Shown in pieces: positions 36,674-40,413 of a stretch of DNA of 40,413 bases. The notes beneath the pieces are model-generated. The model was not told the DNA's origin and did no database searches. It saw only the letters and a program-made list of their open reading frames with translations. The first letter of the stretch is position 1, and every line of letters begins with the position of its first letter. This DNA is from Bdellovibrionales bacterium (GTDB lineage Bacteria > Bdellovibrionota > Bdellovibrionia > Bdellovibrionales > JAMPXM01). The translations under genes and the position numbers were made by a program. The stretch spans positions 1-40,413 of the forward strand of contig JAYVXN010000303.1 of the NCBI GenBank assembly GCA_043785085.1, read 5' to 3'.

Positions 36674-36961
36674 TTACCAATACGTCGCGTGGACCCTAAT
36701 GTCGCCAAAAACCAAGGTTTGGCAGGAGATCCGCTCATCAGGAGGGATGTTCCGGTCTTCCCTGAGATCTTGTTCGAGGTCAGTTTCAACAGAGAGGTTT
36801 TCGGCCCCTTCAATAATCTTTAGGCGGCATTTGACACAGACGCCGTCGCCGCCACACGAACTTGCAACAGGAATTTCGTTTTGTCGCAAAACCTGCATTA
36901 AGTTAGCGCCGACTGGCACCTCAAGGGGCGCCCGATCTTTTAAAAAACGGATGACTGGCAT
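36674..36961 (-). CDS. 2Fe-2S ferredoxin-like protein
   Basis: 95 aa ORF with the Cys pattern SSCGGDGVCVKC...ISCQT, the C-x5-C-x2-C...C arrangement typical of plant-type/fer2 domains. Confidence 0.75.
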   Translation of the reverse strand: MPVIRFLKDRAPLEVPVGANLMQVLRQNEIPVASSCGGDGVCVKCRLKIIEGAENLSVETDLEQDLREDRNIPPDERISCQTLVFGDIRVHATYW

Positions 36962-37032
36962 GGATTCATTCTACCACAGCAACCAGGCAGAATTGAATAG
37001 GCCCAAAGGTACGGACGTGCTAAATACGCCTC

Positions 37033-37662
37033 ATGGAAACGTCTGAGAAAATCGTGGTTTTTGGCGCCAGCCGCGGCCTTGGGGCGGCGGTCGTTTCATT
37101 ATTGCAAAAACAGGAGCTTTTGCTGGTCTCGCGAAAGCCTCCAGTGGCGTTAGGTGCCCGTTCTCAATTTGCGCAATTTAACTTGGCCAATGTCACTGAG
37201 CAAACCGCCTGCGTTAAAGCGGTTCGGCAGTTTGCGCCGATGCGCCTCATTTATAGTGTGGCGGGAGGGCCATTTGGCTCCTTTGGCAGCAAGGCTTGGA
37301 AAGATCATGAGTGGGCGTGGGAAGTGAGTTTTCGCTTTCCGGCGCGATTGCTTCATGAGGTCCTGGCTGCCCCCATACCGAGCCTCAGGCAGGTGGTTTT
37401 CGTCGGTTCACAAATTGCCGAAGCGCAAGCTGATCCGTTTGCCGCAAGTTACGCTGCCGCGAAACATGCTCTTAAGGGCCTGGTCACCTCGGTCCAAGGT
37501 GAAAAGCCCGCGCTGGATGTGCGCCTGTTCAGCCCTGGTTATATGGATACTGAGTTATTACCGAAGAATGCTTGGCCGCGTCAGTCTCCGGGGTTGGTGC
37601 AAGACCCCGGTGCGGTGGCGCGCCAACTCCTGGAATTTATCAATATTGCGCCTGTATCCTGA
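37033..37662 (+). CDS. short-chain dehydrogenase/reductase family oxidoreductase
   Basis: 209 aa ORF with the cofactor loop VFGASRGLGAA and the catalytic YAAAKHAL (YxxxK) motif. Confidence 0.8.
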   Translation: METSEKIVVFGASRGLGAAVVSLLQKQELLLVSRKPPVALGARSQFAQFNLANVTEQTACVKAVRQFAPMRLIYSVAGGPFGSFGSKAWKDHEWAWEVSFRFPARLLHEVLAAPIPSLRQVVFVGSQIAEAQADPFAASYAAAKHALKGLVTSVQGEKPALDVRLFSPGYMDTELLPKNAWPRQSPGLVQDPGAVARQLLEFINIAPVS

Positions 37663-37807
37663 TGTTTTTGCCTCGAACATGTTTTGAATTTTCCAGGCAG
37701 CTTCGCTAAAGTGGTCCTTTCGTTGAATCGATCTGACGCAAATTTCAGGTGCGCGAGCGGCAAACCGTCGCGGCAGATGAATGAGGCGAACTTTTAAGAA
37801 GGACACC

Positions 37808-38743
37808 ATGGCAGAGCAAAAAGTCGAAAAAGTTATTATTATAGGATCAGGTCCCGCAGGCTTAACCGCCGCTGTCTATACGGCGCGCGCTTTACTGAAT
37901 CCATTGATGATTGAAGGCGAAGAACCTGGCGGTCAGTTAATGATCACCACAGACGTTGAAAATTATCCGGGATTTTCAGAAGGCGTGACAGGTCCTGAAC
38001 TCATGGATGATATGCGCAAACAAGCCGCTCGATTTGGAACGCGTTTTATCACTCGAAATGTCACAAAAGTTGAATTTTCTGGCCATCCCTTTAAAGTTTG
38101 GGTGGGCAATGATTTGCATTTAGCTAGCTCGGTCATAATTTCAACTGGTGCGAGTGCCAAGTATTTGGGTCTTCCTTCAGAAAAAGCTTTTTACAATAAA
38201 GGCGTCTCGGCCTGTGCAACCTGTGATGGCGCATTCTTTAAAAATGTTGAAGTCGCTGTCGCTGGTGGCGGTGATACCGCCATGGAAGAGGCGACATTTT
38301 TGACCCGTTTTGCTTCAAAAGTTTACATCATCCATCGCCGCGATACCTTTCGTGCCTCGAAGTTCATGGTCGATAAGGCGCTTAAAAATCCGAAGATTGA
38401 ACCCCTTTGGGACACCGTCGTTGAGGAAATCGTCGGAGATAAATTTGTCACAGGTTTGAAGCTGAAAAATCTAAAAACCGGTCAGGTCACCGAAAAGCCA
38501 ATCGGCGGCCTTTTCGTTGCCATTGGCCACAAACCCAATACAGAATTATTTCGTGGGATTTTAGAGCTCGATGAGACCGGCTACATCATCACCCGGTCGC
38601 ACTCGAGTTATACCAGCATCGCCGGAGTATTTGCGGCGGGTGATGTGCAAGATCACGTGTATCGGCAAGCGATCACCGCCGCTGGAACCGGCTGCATGGC
38701 TGCCATCGATGCGGAACGATGGCTTGAGGATCAGGGCGAGTAG
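37808..38743 (+). CDS. trxB: thioredoxin-disulfide reductase
   Basis: The ATG at 37808 follows AAGAAGGA. IIIGSGPAGLTAAVY, redox-active CATCDG, GGGDTAMEEA and AAGDVQD are present. 311 aa. Confidence 0.92.
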   Translation: MAEQKVEKVIIIGSGPAGLTAAVYTARALLNPLMIEGEEPGGQLMITTDVENYPGFSEGVTGPELMDDMRKQAARFGTRFITRNVTKVEFSGHPFKVWVGNDLHLASSVIISTGASAKYLGLPSEKAFYNKGVSACATCDGAFFKNVEVAVAGGGDTAMEEATFLTRFASKVYIIHRRDTFRASKFMVDKALKNPKIEPLWDTVVEEIVGDKFVTGLKLKNLKTGQVTEKPIGGLFVAIGHKPNTELFRGILELDETGYIITRSHSSYTSIAGVFAAGDVQDHVYRQAITAAGTGCMAAIDAERWLEDQGE

Positions 38744-38827
38744 CTGAGCGAATAACTGAGCGAATAGCTGAGCGAATAGCTGAGCGAATAACTGAGCGAA
38801 TAACTGAGCGAATAACAGAGCGAATAA
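38744..38827. repeat. 12 bp tandem repeat, 7 copies (CTGAGCGAATAA/G)
   Basis: Read directly. The units begin at 38744, 38756, 38768, 38780, 38792, 38804 and 38816, and the last unit is CAGAGCGAATAA. The array starts on the base after the trxB stop. The last 12 nt of trxB (CAGGGCGAGTAG) match the unit at 9 of 12 positions. Confidence 0.9.
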
Positions 38828-38845
38828 CAATTCGGGAGACAGGGA

Positions 38846-39343
38846 ATGGCGAAATTCCGGATCAACACCAAGGATTTGGTTAAAAAAATCGAAAAGCTCA
38901 CCAAGGAGCGCATTGCTCAACAAGGTGTCGTCGATTTAAAACAATATCGAGATATGCGCCAAGCGCAAAATCCGAAAACCATTCTAGTGATTGAAGATGA
39001 CGAAACCATGCGCAATGCCCTGAAGCGCATTTTTGAATCAGATGGATTTCAAGTCAGGTCAGCCGCCGATGGTACGCAGCTTTCAGTTGTTCTCGATGAC
39101 AATCCGATTGATCTGATTATTCTCGATGTTGGCTTACCATGGATCAACGGTCTTGAGCTCGCTAAGCTTTTGAAGGAAAATGAAGATCTGAAGTTTATTC
39201 CGCTGATTTTTGTCAGCGGTAAAGCGAGTGAATTTGATATTAAGCGGGGCTTCGATGCCGGAGCTGACGACTACATCACGAAGCCTTTTGAAGTGGAGGC
39301 GATTAAAAAGACTGTCCATACTTTGCTCAAATTGGGAAAATAA
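38846..39343 (+). CDS. single-domain CheY-like response regulator with a ~43 aa N-terminal extension
   Basis: REC motifs ILVIEDDE, DLIILDVGLPWINGLE, IFVSGK and DDYITKPF. The N-terminus MAKFRINTKDLVKKIEKLTKERIAQQGVVDLKQYRDMRQAQ is lysine-rich and unassigned. Confidence 0.85.
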   Translation: MAKFRINTKDLVKKIEKLTKERIAQQGVVDLKQYRDMRQAQNPKTILVIEDDETMRNALKRIFESDGFQVRSAADGTQLSVVLDDNPIDLIILDVGLPWINGLELAKLLKENEDLKFIPLIFVSGKASEFDIKRGFDAGADDYITKPFEVEAIKKTVHTLLKLGK

Positions 39344-39352
39344 AGGAACTTT

Positions 39353-39847
39353 ATGCTTCATCTTTTTTTAATAGCATGTTTATCGGTGAGTCAGGCAACT
39401 GAGACTTTTACCAGCAAATCCGACGAAGCCGACGCTAAATCAGCCGGTGTTCACAAAATTCAGTTTGTTTTAGGCGGCCAGGGTGAAGTGGTCAATGGCC
39501 CCGTGAATGAGGCTTCCATTCGCGACTCGTTTCAAAAGCATATGCTTGAACATTACAAGTGCTACGCGAAAAATTATGGTCCGGATGCCGAAGTTACTGG
39601 CCGCAATGTTTTGAAGTTCCGGCTCACCTCGACTTCGCCAATGTACAATCCGCAAAATGAAAATTCTCAACCCTATGATTTGCAGATTGAGTCAGAAGGT
39701 TTGATCTCAGATGGGTTTCAAAGTTGTCTTAATAAGGTTTGGCGGGCGGTCTTGTTTGCGATTCCCGCTCCAGGTTTAGATACGACCGTAAAGATGCCGA
39801 TTGAGGCGAAGCTGCGAGTTTCACCCACAGCAACGCCGGCCAGGTAA
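39353..39847 (+). CDS. hypothetical secreted protein
   Basis: 164 aa ORF with signal peptide MLHLFLIACLSVSQA, starting 9 nt after the response regulator stop. The conserved-Cys spacing (CYAKNY...SCLNKV) loosely resembles TonB-C/AgmX-type C-terminal domains; this is a weak call. Confidence 0.55.
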   Translation: MLHLFLIACLSVSQATETFTSKSDEADAKSAGVHKIQFVLGGQGEVVNGPVNEASIRDSFQKHMLEHYKCYAKNYGPDAEVTGRNVLKFRLTSTSPMYNPQNENSQPYDLQIESEGLISDGFQSCLNKVWRAVLFAIPAPGLDTTVKMPIEAKLRVSPTATPAR

Positions 39848-40413
39848 TTAAGCGCGAATGCAGGCAGTTTCGTGAGCCGGGCGAGTTTCACGCAAGGACG
39901 GGCAAGTCGCCTTGCACTCATCAATCATATCCGGGCAGCGCGGGTTGAAATAACATCCCGGCGGCGGATTGATCGGACTCGGCACATCACCACGCAAAAT
40001 AATCCGCTGCTCTTTACCCCGCGGATCCGGAACCGGAATTGCCGATAAAAGTGCACGCGTATAGGGGTGTGACGGATGCCGATAAAGCTCTTCCGCTTCA
40101 GCGACTTCAACGACTTTTCCGAGATACATCACAGCCACACGATTCGAGATATGCTCAACCACTTTCAAATCATGCGCGATGAAGAGGTAAGTGAGGCCAA
40201 AGCGTTGCTGCAAGTCCATCAAAAGATTGATGACCTGAGCCTGAATCGAAACGTCGAGTGCTGAAACCGGCTCATCACAAACGATGAACTTTGGATCAAC
40301 GGCTAGAGCGCGGGCAATGCCGATGCGCTGACGTTGACCGCCCGAAAATTCATGCGGATAGCGATTGATATGCTCAGGACGCAATCCCACGAGTTCAAGG
40401 AGTTGCTTGACGC
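39848..40413 (-). CDS. oligopeptide/dipeptide-type ABC transporter ATP-binding protein; C-terminal part only, the 5' end runs off the right edge
   Basis: Signature [15 protein letters not shown], Walker [13 protein letters not shown], the H-loop FIAHDL, and the oligopeptide C-terminal domain ([12 protein letters not shown]...[12 protein letters not shown]). The reading frame stays open to the window end. Confidence 0.9.
   Translation of the reverse strand, partial: VKQLLELVGLRPEHINRYPHEFSGGQRQRIGIARALAVDPKFIVCDEPVSALDVSIQAQVINLLMDLQQRFGLTYLFIAHDLKVVEHISNRVAVMYLGKVVEVAEAEELYRHPSHPYTRALLSAIPVPDPRGKEQRIILRGDVPSPINPPPGCYFNPRCPDMIDECKATCPSLRETRPAHETACIRA

Noticed and set aside
36625-36813. 63 aa N-terminal extension of the lipoprotein ORF
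   Set aside because: It overlaps the ferredoxin gene. An internal ATG with an SD sequence gives a textbook lipoprotein signal peptide.
38744-38827. Possible CRISPR array (also considered for 18375-18442)
   Set aside because: The units are 12 bp and directly abutting, with no spacers. There are no cas genes in the window. These are simple tandem repeats.
38561-38923. ORFs with LFAQLFAQ / YSLSYSLS repeats on the minus strand
   Set aside because: They are artefacts of reading through the 12 bp array antisense to trxB and the response regulator start.

Overview
This 40.4 kb window looks like a gene-dense chromosomal region. Gene content (bacterial Pif1 helicase, HAD-IG 5'-nucleotidase, long-form aromatic amino acid hydroxylase, about 50% GC) is compatible with a Bdellovibrio-like predatory proteobacterium; this taxon guess is inference only. 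I support about 37 protein-coding genes on both strands. Most are housekeeping or metabolic: panB, hppD-hmgA, ribD, hldD, xthA, leuS, speA, trxB, trmB, ggt, a peroxiredoxin and a family-5 ABC importer. I found no rRNA, tRNA, CRISPR array, prophage or recognisable defence island. The strongest unexplained signal is a roughly 190 bp, almost fully self-complementary repeat element present twice. One copy (2194-2385) exactly fills the gap between two convergent genes. The other (32375-32562) interrupts a small DUF486/DMT-family membrane protein gene. That second copy has perfect 23 bp terminal inverted repeats and a 4 bp direct duplication, and removing it restores a clean 114 aa reading frame. 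The two copies differ in stem sequence but keep their pairing and share the same asymmetric bulges, which suggests a structure-constrained MITE-like element or structured RNA family. Other notable items are three short tandem-repeat arrays sitting at or just after stop codons, a divergent SelO/YdiU-like protein next to an orphan ATP-grasp enzyme, a long-form phenylalanine hydroxylase homolog, a cysteine-poor DksA-like protein, an ABC importer with no ATPase gene next to a decayed ORF, and an orphan 480 aa lipoprotein downstream of a small 2Fe-2S ferredoxin gene. All coordinates I refined myself come from manual indexing and may be off by a base or two. No database searches were run.
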